In this document: in pieces, positions 30,296-41,700 of the stretch
Position numbering within the stretch: position 1 is the first letter of the stretch
Layout: every line of letters starts with the position of its first letter
NCBI GenBank assembly: GCA_963804645.1
Contig: CAWDRG010000002.1
Span: 64,001 to 128,000 of the forward strand
Length of the DNA: 64,000 nt
DNA from: an uncultured Bacillota bacterium
Lineage (GTDB): Bacteria; Sysuimicrobiota; Sysuimicrobiia; Sysuimicrobiales; Segetimicrobiaceae
Reading direction: 5' to 3'
The notes under the pieces: model-generated
What the model was told of the DNA's origin: nothing
The model's input: the letters and a program-made list of their open reading frames with translations, nothing else
Database searches by the model: none
Made by a program: the position numbers and the translations under genes

Positions 30296-32537
30296 AGACG
30301 TCTCGCAGCAGGCGCAGCGTCTGCCGCTTCGCCTCCGGGCCGAGCTCCAGCACCGGGCCGACGCACGACGGACATCCCTGCTCGCACGCGCAGCCGTCGA
30401 CGAGCCGCACCGCGGCGTCCAGCAGGTCGCGGCGCAGCGCGAACAGCCGCTCCGCGTGGCCGACGCCGCCCGGGATGTGCTCGAAGAGCGTGACCGTCGG
30501 GGCGCCGGTGTGCGGCGAGCGCACCTCGACGGTGGAGCCGAGGTCCCGGGGGTCGCTCATCAGGTACAGCGGCGCGATGTTCTGAAGGGCGTGGGCCACC
30601 CCGAGCAGCGCGCCCTGCAGGGCGTCCGTGTCAAGCTCGGGCATCCGATCGCGCGGAAACACCCACCACGCCGCCGTGGTATGCAGCGTCGTTTCGGGCA
30701 GGTGGATCGACCCGAACCCCACATTCTCGTGGGTCGCGAGCCGGAGCTTCTTATAGATCGTGGGTCGGAACGTGACGACGGCCTCCCCGTGCGCCGCGCC
30801 GGCGCTCCCGACAAACTCCTCCAGGACCCGGACGTTGACCGCGATCTGCGCGTCAGTATAGTAATCGACGTCGACCTTCCGCACGTACGCCTTGCGCTCG
30901 TCCCAGTCGAGCCGGTCGACGTGATACTGCTGACCGAGGTGCATGTAGATCGCGTGCTCGTGCACGAAGGCCGGCGCCGACGGGAGGTCGATCTCGCCGA
31001 TCACGCGCGGGCGCGGCTCCGTGGTGTCGACGATCACGACGTTCTCCTGGCTCGCGCTGCGCAGGCTGATCTCCTCGGCGGGGTATGCTTCGGCGACGTA
31101 GTGCCAGGCGTCGCCGTCGTGGTGCAGCACGCGCTCTTCCTCGAGATACGCGAGGATCTCCGGGAGCGTGTTCGGACCGAACTCCTCGCCGTCGCGCACC
31201 GGCAGTTCGAACGCAGCGCACTTCACGTGGCTCGCCAGCACGAGCAGGTTGTCGGGGTTGATGCGGGCCTCCTCGACGGGCTGCTCGAACAGGTACGCCG
31301 GATGGGTCGCGATGAACTGATCCAGCGCCCCGCTGGTCGCGACCAGCACGGCGAACGACGTCCCGGCCCGCCGGCCCGCCCGGCCCATCTGCTGCCAGGT
31401 GCTCGCGATCGTGCCCGGGTAGCCAACGAGCACCGACGCGGAGAGCTGCCCGATGTCGATGCCGAGTTCCAGCGCGTTCGTCGCCGCGACCGCGCGCACG
31501 GTCCCGCTGCGCAGCCCCGCCTCGATGCGCCGCCGCTCGGTCGGGAGATAGCCCGCCCGATACCCAACGATCGCGTCGGGGTCGAGATGGTGACGCCGCC
31601 CGAGGTCGCGCAGGTATGTGGTCAAGAGCTCCGCGCGCAGGCGTGTCCGCGCGAAGTAGATCGTCTGAATGCGCCCCTTCAGCAGTTCCTCGGTGAGCCT
31701 GACCGACTCCCGGACGGCGTCGCGCCGGATGCCGAGTTCCTGATTGACGACCGGCGGGTTGTACACCGCGATCGTTCGCTCGCCGGTCGGCGCGCCGCTC
31801 TCGTCGATCACGGTCACGGGCCGGCCGATAAGGCGCGCGGCGTGCTCTCCGGGATTGCCGATCGTGGCCGAACAGCAAATGAACTGCGGGGTGCTGCCGT
31901 AGAACCGGCAGATGCGGAGCAGGCGGCGCAGCACATTCGCCAAATGAGAGCCGAATACGCCCCGGTAGTGGTGCAGTTCGTCCAGCACGATGTACTGGAG
32001 ATTCTCAAACAGCCGCAGCCACTTCGTGTGGTGCGGCAGGATTGCCGTGTGCAACATGTCGGGATTCGTGACGACGACGTGGCCGGCCGCGCGGATCGTG
32101 CGCCGCGCATCGCCGGGCGTGTCCCCGTCGTAGGTGAAGGCGCCGATGCCAGCGCCGAGCCCCGTGATCAGCTGCTGCAACTCGTCGACCTGGTCCGCGC
32201 CGAGCGCTTTCGTCGGGAACAGGTACAGCGCGCGTGGTCCCCCGCCGCGCAGAATCGTGTCGAGCACCGGCAGATTGTAGCAGAGGGTCTTCCCGGAGGC
32301 GGTCGGGGTGACGACGACGAAATCGCGGCCCGCCCGTGCCTCCTGGTAGGCGCGTGCCTGATGGGTGTAGAGCCGCGTGATGCCGCCGCCGGCGAGCGCG
32401 TGGCGCAGCCGGTGATCTATCTCGTCAGGGAACTCCGCAAACTGGGCGGGCTTGGCGGGAAACGTGCGCCATGCGGTGAACTGCTGCGCGAACCGGGAAC
32501 GGGTTCGATACGCGTCGAGTATCTGCTCCAGCGTCAT
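30282..32537 (-). CDS. mrfA: DEAH-box helicase with DUF1998 (YprA/MrfA)
   Basis: PTASGKT, DELH, SAT, GRAGR, C-terminal CACEQGCPSC. Confidence 0.92.
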   Translation of the reverse strand: MTLEQILDAYRTRSRFAQQFTAWRTFPAKPAQFAEFPDEIDHRLRHALAGGGITRLYTHQARAYQEARAGRDFVVVTPTASGKTLCYNLPVLDTILRGGGPRALYLFPTKALGADQVDELQQLITGLGAGIGAFTYDGDTPGDARRTIRAAGHVVVTNPDMLHTAILPHHTKWLRLFENLQYIVLDELHHYRGVFGSHLANVLRRLLRICRFYGSTPQFICCSATIGNPGEHAARLIGRPVTVIDESGAPTGERTIAVYNPPVVNQELGIRRDAVRESVRLTEELLKGRIQTIYFARTRLRAELLTTYLRDLGRRHHLDPDAIVGYRAGYLPTERRRIEAGLRSGTVRAVAATNALELGIDIGQLSASVLVGYPGTIASTWQQMGRAGRRAGTSFAVLVATSGALDQFIATHPAYLFEQPVEEARINPDNLLVLASHVKCAAFELPVRDGEEFGPNTLPEILAYLEEERVLHHDGDAWHYVAEAYPAEEISLRSASQENVVIVDTTEPRPRVIGEIDLPSAPAFVHEHAIYMHLGQQYHVDRLDWDERKAYVRKVDVDYYTDAQIAVNVRVLEEFVGSAGAAHGEAVVTFRPTIYKKLRLATHENVGFGSIHLPETTLHTTAAWWVFPRDRMPELDTDALQGALLGVAHALQNIAPLYLMSDPRDLGSTVEVRSPHTGAPTVTLFEHIPGGVGHAERLFALRRDLLDAAVRLVDGCACEQGCPSCVGPVLELGPEAKRQTLRLLRDVCVPA

Positions 32538-32591
32538 ACGTGCCCCCCCGCGGTGTCGGGCCCGAGCCAGCATTCGAACCATGTGTTCGGG

Positions 32592-32607
32592 TCGAACGCG
32601 CGTTCGA
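32592..32607. promoter_or_regulatory. LexA (SOS) box, Gram-positive type
   Basis: Perfect palindrome TCGAAC-GCGC-GTTCGA 55 nt upstream of the helicase; second CGAAC-N5-GTTCG at 32575-32589. Confidence 0.8.
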
Positions 32608-32764
32608 CGGCGTATTTGCAGGTTCCTCCTACGGGGGCCGCCGATTGGAGCTGCGAGGGAGGCGCGTGGGCGGAGGCTTCGTGCCTCTGTCCCGTGGCGA
32701 GCGAGCATGATGAACCGCGACTGACCAACAATTTATGTGTATAGCCGCCGCTGGTGCGCGGCGC

Positions 32765-35700
32765 TTAGAAGTGGATGAGGAGACCGGCGCTGAAGGTCTG
32801 GTTGGTCTCGTTGCTGCTCCATGCCGCGTCGTAGCCGGCGTAGAGATCATAACGATCGGAGGCGTGGAGCGTGATGCGGGCCCCCGCCCCGACCGCGTTG
32901 GGCGCCGCGGTAATGCCCGTCGTGAGGAACGGCCCCGCCGACGCGGCACCCAGCAGCAGCGTCTGAATCTGCGGAACCGGCTCCGTCGCCAGCGTCGTGT
33001 ACTCCGCGTGCAGCGTATACGTGATCTGGGTCCCCGCGGCAGTCGTCTGCGCGTAATCGAGGCGGACGCCCGCGAGGCCCTGCAGCCAATCCGCCGTCAC
33101 GGCATTGACCCCGAGATCGATCGAGCCGGCCCCCGACTCGTTGAACGCGGGCTCCGTCAGATGCACGTACTGGATGCCCAGCGTCGGACGGACGGTCAGC
33201 GCCCCCGCCTGCAGCCGGTAGTCGGCCTCGAGCCCGGCCATGATCTCGTTCCCCGTTCCCGATGCCGTTGCGGTCCTGGACAGATCCCCGAAATTGATCG
33301 GCCGGGTCGTCTGGAAGTTGTTCACCCCGTAGCCCACGAGCCCGCGCGCCTCGAACGCGCCCGCAGTGTAGCCGCCGTACACCGCCCCGGCGACCGTGGT
33401 GATCCCCGCCGTCCCATTACCGTTCGCGAGGGTGAGCGAGGACTGCCACGTCCCCGCGGCATATCCCCACGTCAGCCGCGGGCCGGCCGCGTGATCGTAT
33501 CCGAGCAGCAGTCCCGTGCTCTGGTTCGTGAACCCCGGCGCGTTCGCCGTCCCCTGCAGCGTCTGGCTGCTGGTCAGCGGCGTCAGCCATCCCGTCGGAT
33601 CCCCCGGTTCGGCGCCGGCCCATGTGACCGGTCCCGCCTGGCCGCTGAGTCCCGGCGCGAACGCGGTCAGCGCCGGCGTGGCCGCACTGGTGCCGCTCTG
33701 CACGTCGCTGAGGTGCTGGAAGACCAGATCCATCGCCGACCACGTGTCCTCGGCGGTGACGGTGGGGAGATTCGTGTACACCACCCCGGTGAGCGCGTCG
33801 AGCGCCGCGCGCACCTGGTTCCCCGTTGACAGGCTGGTCAGCGCGGTGAGCACCGTCGCCAGGTCCCCGCTTGCGGTCGGGGACGCCAAATCGAGCACCC
33901 GCGCCACCGCGATCTGGTTCGGCGTCTCCGCGAAGTCGCTGAAGTTGAACACGCTCCCGATCGTCAGCGTCAGCGCGTCCGCAGTGTAGCCGAGCGTGTA
34001 CTGCACGAACAGGTTGCCGGTGGCGTCCACCGTCCCGAACGTGCCGCTCAGCCCCCCGGCCGCGTTCAACAACGTGTACTGCCCCGGCGTGTACACGCCC
34101 GGATCGAAGGCGAGCGTCAGCGTTCCCGCGACCGTCGCCGCCCCGCCGATGCTCAGCTTGGATGCCGCGGTGGGCGACACTTCCGTGGCGAACGTGCCGC
34201 CTGCCCCCTGCGTGTAGATCCCGCTGATCGTGAGCGTTCCAATGCCGCTGCTCCCCGGCATCACCGTCCCCGCGACGTTCGTGACCGCTCCGCCGATGGT
34301 GCCCGCGCCCCGCAGCGTCCCGCCGGCATTGACCGTCACGGGCCCGAGGATGCTGCCCGTCGTGTCAGCACCGACGACGAGCGTGCCGCCGGTGATGGTC
34401 GTCCCGCCGGTATAGGTACTCGCCCCGCTGAGCGTGACCGTGCCACCGCCAATGATCAGCGCGCCAGGGCCGCTCAGCACCCCGGCGTACGTGCCGGCCC
34501 CGGCTTGGTTGAACTCGATGGTACCGTTATCCGCAATGTTGCCTTGGAGGCTCGCTGTCGTGCCCACGAGCGTCGTGCCCGCCCCGACGGTGGTCCCACC
34601 GGTGTACGTGTTTACCCCGCTCAACGTGAGCGTCCCGCCTCCGTTTGCCGTGAGCGCGCCGGGGCCGCTCAGGACTCCGCTGTACGTGCCCGCGCCCACC
34701 TGATTGAACTCGACCGTCCCACTATCCGCGATATTCCCCTGCAGGCTCGTCGTCGTCCCGATGAGCGTCGTGCCGGCCCCGACCGTGGTCCCGCCGCTGT
34801 ACGTGTTCGTCCCGCTCAGCGTGACCGTGCCCCCGCCCATGAGCGTCAGCACGCCCGACCCGCTCAGCACCCCGGCGTACGTCCCCGCGCCCGCCTGATC
34901 GAACTCGACCGTCCCGGCGTTCACAATATTGCCCTGCACGCTCGTCGTCGTGCCGATCAGCGTCGCGCCCGCCCCGACCGTCGTCCCGCCTCCGTACGTG
35001 TTCGCCCCGCTCAGCGTGAGCGTGCCCCCACCCGTCACCGTGAGCGCGCCGGGTCCACCGATCATTCCCGACAGCGTCCCGGCAAAGCCGTTCGTGTTGA
35101 CCGCCCCGCCGCCCGCACCGAGCGTTACCCCGCGCGCCGATACCACGTTCCCCGCCAACGCCAGCGTCCCGTTATTCAGCGTCAGCCCCGTCCCCGCGGC
35201 ACCCAGGTTGCCGTCGTTACTTACGCTCAGCGTGCTGCCGCCCGTCACCGTCGTCCCGCCCGAGTACGTGTTCACGCCGCCCAACACCAAGGTGCCTCCG
35301 CCTGTTACCGTGAGTGCACCCACGCCACCCACCACGCCCGATAGCGTCCCGGCAAACCCGTTCGTGTTGACCGTCCCGCCGCCCGCGTTCAGCGTCACTC
35401 CGCGCGCCGACGTGAAGCCCGCCCCCGCGAGTCCGAGCGTCCCGTTATCCAGCGTCAGGCCCCCCGCGGCATTGCCCAGGTTCGCGTCCGTGCTCACGCT
35501 CACCGTCCCGCCGCCCGTCACCGTCGTCCCACCCGTGTACGTGTTCACCCCACTCAAGGCCAGCGTGCCCCCACCCACGGTGATCCCGCCCGCCCCGCTC
35601 ACCACGCCCGACAGGGTCAGGGTCCCCGTGTTCGCCCCGTTCCCCACCGTCAGCCCCGCCGCATCATTGACGGCCCCCGACAGCGCGCTCGCCTGCCCCG

Positions 35701-38700
35701 TCGCCACCACCAGCGTCCCGCCCGTGCCCGCCGTCGTGAGGCTCCCCGCCCACATGATCCCCGTCGACATGAACAGCGTCCCGGTCGTCGCCCCGCCGCC
35801 CACCTGCGTGCCGCCCAGCGTCAGCGCGCCCACCGCCGAGCCGAGTTGGCCCGCATTGCTCACGCTCAGCGTGCCGGCGATGACGTTCGTGCTCGTCTGC
35901 TGGTTGTTGTTCGCCGTGAGGACCAGCGTCCCGTCGTTCGGATTCTGCGTGTTGAGGTCCAGCGTCGTCGCCGTGATCTGCGTCCCCCAAAGCAGTTGAC
36001 TATTCGGGGGCGCCTCGCAGTCCAGCACCGGGCTGCCGGAGCAGGCGCCCGCTATCAGTGTCAACTCCACGGCATTCGCCTGATAGGTCAACTCCGGGGT
36101 GAGCGCCCCGATGTTCGCTCCTCGCTGCGTGAGCGACCCGAACGTCCCCGACACACCCCCCGCCGCCGTCAACAGCGTGTACGCCGTCCCCGCCGTGTAC
36201 GCCCCCGCGTCGAACGTCAGCGCCAGTGCCCCGCCGAGCGACGCCGCGCCGGTGACCGCCAATTCACTCGCCGTCGCCGGGTTCGCCTCGATCCCCAGCG
36301 TGCCGCCGCCTCCCTGCGTGTAGTTCCCCGTCACCGCGAGGGTCCCCAGCGTCCCCGGCGTCCCGCCTGCCGTCACCGTGCCGGCGTTCGTGACGCTGCC
36401 CCCCACCGCCCCATAGCCCGTGAGCGTTCCACCGGCCTGCACCGTCACGCTCCCGCCGTACACCGCCCCCGGCGTCGCGCTCGTGCCGACCGTCAGCGTC
36501 CCATTCGTCACCGTGAACGTCCCCGTCGCGCCGCTGCCGTTCCCCGTCAGCGCCACCGTCCCCGGTCCCGTCAGCGCCAGCACGCCGGTGCCGTTGAGTG
36601 TGCCTGACAATGTCAGCGTTGTCCCTGCGTTCGGGGTAAACGTCCCACCCCCCGCGGCCACGGTGACCGTCCGCGCCGACGCAAACGTACCGGTCGTCGC
36701 CAGCGCCCCGTTGTTGAACGTCATCCCGCCGGCCCCGGCTCCGAGGTTCGCGTCGGCCCCCACGCTCACCATGGCCCCGCCCTCGATCGTCGTGCCGCCC
36801 GCGTACGTGTTCACTCCGCTCAGCGTCGTCGTCCCTGCGCCCGCCGCAGTCAGGCCGCCGTTCCCCGAGATCACCCCCGAGAACGTCACGGCGTTGCCGC
36901 CGTTATTGAGCGTCCCCCCACCGTTCAGCGCGATCGTTCGCGCCGAGGCCCCGAAGCCCGCGCTGTTGATCGCCAGCGTCCCGGTATTCAGCGTCACGCC
37001 GCCCGCGGCGTTCCCGAGGTTACTGTCGCTGCCCACGCTCAGCGTCCCGCCCGTCACCGTCGTCCCGCCGGTGTACGTATTGATCCCGCTCAGCGTCGTC
37101 GGCCCCGCGCCCGACGCCGTGAGCCCGCCGTTCCCCGAGATCACCCCCGAGAATGTCACCGCGTTGCCGCCGTTGTTGAGCGTCCCCCCACCGTTCAGCG
37201 CGATCGTCCGCGCCGACGTGAGCGGGGCCGTCGTCAGGAGCGTCCCCCCGGTCAGCGTCAGTCCACCCGCGGCGTTGCCGAGATTGCTGTCCGCGCTCAC
37301 GCTCAGCGTTCCCGCCGTCAGCGTCGTCCCGCCCGTGTACGTATTCACCCCCGACAGCGTCGTCGTCCCCGCGCCCGCCAGCGTCAGCCCGCCGCTTCCC
37401 GAGATCACTCCCGAGAACGCCGCGGCGTTGCCGCCGTTGTTGAGCGTGCTCCCTCCGCTCACCGTGATTGCCTGCGCCGCGGTCCCAAACCCCGCTCCGC
37501 TGATCAGCAGTGTCGCCGCGTTCAGCGCCAGCGTCGCCGAGCCGGCCCCCAGGTTGCTCGGAGTGCCGATACTCAGGGTGCCTCCGCTCACCTGCAGCGT
37601 CCCCGTCAGCGTGTTCGTCCCCGTCAGCGTCGTCGTGGCCCCGCCCAGCACCGTCAGCGTTCCACTCCCCGAGATCACCCCCGACCACACCGTGTTGAAC
37701 GATCCCACGCTGAGCGTCCCCGTCCCCGGCACCGCGATCGCCCGGGCCGAGCTCCCGAACGTCCCCGCCGTGACCAGCAGCGTCCCGCCGTTGAACGTCA
37801 CCCCGCCCGCCGCGTTCCCGAGATTGCTGTCCGCGCTGACATCCAGCGTCCCCGCGTTCAGCGTCGTGCCGCCCTGGTACGTGTTCGTCCCCGTCAGCGC
37901 GACCGTCCCGCCGCCGACGGTCACCCCGCCCGCCCCGCTGATCGTCCCCGACAGCGTCAGCGCCCCGACATCACCCGCATCCCCAACGGTCAGCCCCGCC
38001 GCGTTCGCGATGTTCCCCGACAGCGTGCTCGTCTGCCCGGTGCTCACCAAGAGCGTCCCGCCCGCCCCCGCCGTCGCGACGCTCCCCGCCCACACGAGGC
38101 CCGTCGTCATCGACAGCGTCCCGTTCGTCGCCCCGCCGCCTGCCTGCGTCCCGCCCAGCGTCAGCGCCCCCAGCGCCGCCCCCAGATTCCCCGCCGCGCT
38201 CACGCTGAGGGTGCCCGCGATCACGTTGGTGCTCGTCTGCTGGTTCGCCGCGTTCGACAGCACCATCGTCCCGCTGTTCGGACTCTGCGTGTTCAGGTCC
38301 AACGTCGTCGCCGTGATCTGCGTCGCCCACGGCAGCGTCCCACCGGTCGGCACTTCACAATCCAGCGGGTCCGGCCCCGTGCACGCGCCCGGCTCCAGCG
38401 TCACGTTCACCGCGTTCGCCAGGTAGGTCAATTCCGGCGTCAGGAGGCCGAGGCTCACACCGCCCAGCGTCAGGGTCCCGAACGTGCCCGAGACACCCCC
38501 GGCCGCCGTCAGGATCGTGTACTGCGTCAGCGCCGTGTACGCGCCCGCATCGAACGTCAGCGCCAGCGTTCCCGCGAGCGACGCCGAGCCGCTGATCACC
38601 AACTCGCTGGAGGTTGCCGGGTTCGCTTCAATGGAGAGCGTGTCACCGGCGCCCTGCGTGTAGTTCCCCGACACCGTCAGCGTCCCGATCGTCCCGCCCG

Positions 38701-41700
38701 GCGCTACCGTGCCGCCGTTCGTCACGTTCCCGCTCACCGTGCCGTGCCCGGCCAGCGTCCCGCCTGCCTGCACCGCCACGCTGCCGCCGTAGGTCACGCC
38801 GGGGATCGCGGCACTCCCCACTTCCAGCGTGCCGCTCGTCACCGTAAACGTCCCCGTGGCGCCGCTCGCGGTGCCGGTCAAGAGCAGCATCCCGGCGCCG
38901 TTGAGGGCCAGCGCCCCGCTGCCCGTCAGCGTCCCCGACAGCGTCAGCGTCGTCCCGCCGCTCGGCGTGAACGTCCCGCCCCCCGCCCCCGTCGTCACCG
39001 TCCGCGCCGACGTGAACGTCCCCGTCGTCGCCAGCGTGCCACCACTCAAGGTGACGCCATTCGCTGCGGCGCCCAGGTCGGCATCGGCTCCCACGCTCAG
39101 CGTCCCCGCCGTCAGCGTGTTCCCGCCCGTGTAAGTGTTGCTCGCGTCGGACAGGACGACGGTCCCCGCCCCGTTCAGCGTCAGCCCGCCGGCGCCGCCC
39201 AGCGCGCCCGACAGCGTCAGCGTCGTCGCGACGTTGGGGCTGAACTGCCCACCGCCCAGCGTGATGCTCCGCGCCGAACTGAACGTCGCGGTGCTCACGA
39301 GCGCGCCCCCGTTGAGGGTCACCACGTTGGCGGCGTTGCCGAGATTGTTGTCCGCGCTCACGCTCAGCGTGCCGGTCGTCACGGTGGCGCCGCCAGTGAA
39401 GATATTGCCAGTGGAAAGGACCACCGTCCCGGCCCCGTTGAGGATCAGAGAGCCCATGCCATTCACCGTATTATTGAGGGTCAGCGTCGTCCCCGCGTTC
39501 GGGCTGAATTGCCCGCCGCCCAAGGTGACATGACGGGTCGAGGTGAACGTCGCGGTCGTCACGAGCGTCCCGGTGTTCAGCGTCAGGTTGCCAATGGTGT
39601 TGCCGAGGTTGTTGTCGGCGCCGATGCTCAGCGTCGCGTTCGTGAGCGTCGTCCCGCCCGAGTAGGAATTCGACCCACTGAGCGTGACGGCACCGCCGCC
39701 GGTCACCGTCACCGTGCCCGGCCCGCTCAGCACCCCGCCGTACGTGCCGCTTCCTGCCTGATTGAAGGCGACGGCGGCGTTGTCTGCAATGGCGCCTTGC
39801 AGGCTCGTCGTCGTGCCCTGCAGCGTTCCTCCGTTCACGGTTGTCCCGCCAGAGTAAGTGTTGGCTCCGCTCAGCGTCGTTGTGCCCGCGCCCTGGAACG
39901 TCACACCGCCGCCCGTAATGACTCCTGACAGTGTGGCGTTGAATCCACCGTTGTTGATGGTGTTCAGGGACCCGCTCAACGTGATCGCCTGCGGCAACGT
40001 TCCGAACCCGGCCGCGTTGATCAACAGCGTCCCCTGGTTCAGCGTCAAACCGCCGGGTGGGCCGCCGAGATTGCTGAAACTGCTCACGCTCAGCGTGCCG
40101 TTTGAGGAAACCGTGGTCCCGCCCGTGTAGGAGTTTGTCCCGGAAAACGTAACCGTGCCAAAGCCTGTGACGGTCACGTTCCCAGGCCCGCTCAGCACCC
40201 CGCTGTATGTGCCGTTGGCCATACTGAAGATGACCGCCGCGTCGTCTGTGATGGCGCCCTGCAGGCTCGTCGTCGTTCCTTCGAGCGTCCCCGCGCTCAC
40301 CGTGGTTCCGCCCGTGTACGTGTTCGTCCCGGTGAGCGTCGTGGTGCCCATCCCGAGCAGCGTGAGGCTCCCGGACCCCACGATCGCCTCCCCAAACGCC
40401 GCGTTGAAGCCGTTGTTGTTAATCGTGCCGGCGCCCGCCAGCGTTGTCGCGGAATTCGACAACGAGAACGACGGCCCGGTGATCGACAGTGTCCCGCCGT
40501 TGAACGTCAATCCCCCGAACCCGAGATTGCTGAAACTGCCCACGCTCAGCGTCGCGTTCGTGATCGACGTCGCGCCGGCGTAGCTGTTCCCCCCGGTAAA
40601 CGTGAGCGTGCCGCCGCCCGTCACCGTCACGCTCCCAGTCCCGGAGAGCGACCCGGCGTACGTCCCGCTCCCCGCCTGGTTGAACGTCACCGCTGCGTTG
40701 TCCGTGATGTTGCCCCGCAGGCTTGTCGTCGTTCCCTGCAGCGTCCCCGCGCTGACCGTCGTGCCGTTCGAGTACGTGTTCGCCCCGCTCAGCGTCGTGG
40801 TCCCCGCTCCCTGGAACGTCACGTTTGCGATCCCCGAGATGATTCCCGCCAGGGTGGGGGTGAATCCACCGTTGTCGACGGTGTCTTGGCCTCCGCTCAG
40901 CGTGATGGATTGCGCCAGGGTTCCGAACCCCGCCGAGTTGATCAGCAGCGTCCCGGTGTTCAGCGTCAACGTATCGGACGCCGCTCCGAGGTTGCTCGGC
41001 GCCCCCACGCTGAGCGTGAGGTGCGACGTGACCGTCGTGCCGCCCGTGTACGTGCTCGTCCCCGAGAACGTGACCGTGTTCGTGCCAAGACCGGTCACCG
41101 TCACGTTCCCGGTCCCGCTCATCGCCCCGGCGTACGTGCCGCTGCCCGCCTGATTGAAAATGACGGCCGCGTTGTTCGTGATGGCACCCTGCAGGCTCGC
41201 CGTCGTCCCCTGCAGCGTCCCCGCGCTCACGGTGGTCCCGCCCGAGTAGGTGTTGGCCCCACTCAGCGTCGTGGTGCCCGTCCCAACGAGCGTCAACGCG
41301 CCGCTCCCCGAGATCACCCCCGAGAGCGTCGGCCCGCCGGCACTGCTCCCGTTGTTGATCGTCCCGCCGCTCGCCCCCAGCGTGACCGCCCGCGAAGAGC
41401 TAAATGATTGTGAGACCAGTAGCGTGCCGCCGTTGAGGGTCACCGAGTTCGCGGCGTTGCCGAGATTCGAGTCGCTCATGACGCTGAGCGTCCCACTCGT
41501 GACCGTCACGCCGCCCGTGAACGACCCGAAATTGCTGAGCACTAGCGTCCCCGCACCGCTCATCGTCAGCCCGCCGGCGCCGCTCATCGTTCCACTCAAC
41601 GTCAGCGTCGTCGCCGCGGCCGGGCTGATCGCCCCGCCGCCGAGCGCCACCGTCCGGATCGAGTTGATCGTCGCCGTCGTCACGAGCGCCCCGCCATTGA

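Noticed and set aside
30282..32537. DISARM/Druantia-type defence helicase (DUF1998)
   Set aside because: Single-chain YprA architecture with a YprB partner and SOS box fits MrfAB repair; no methylase or drm genes nearby
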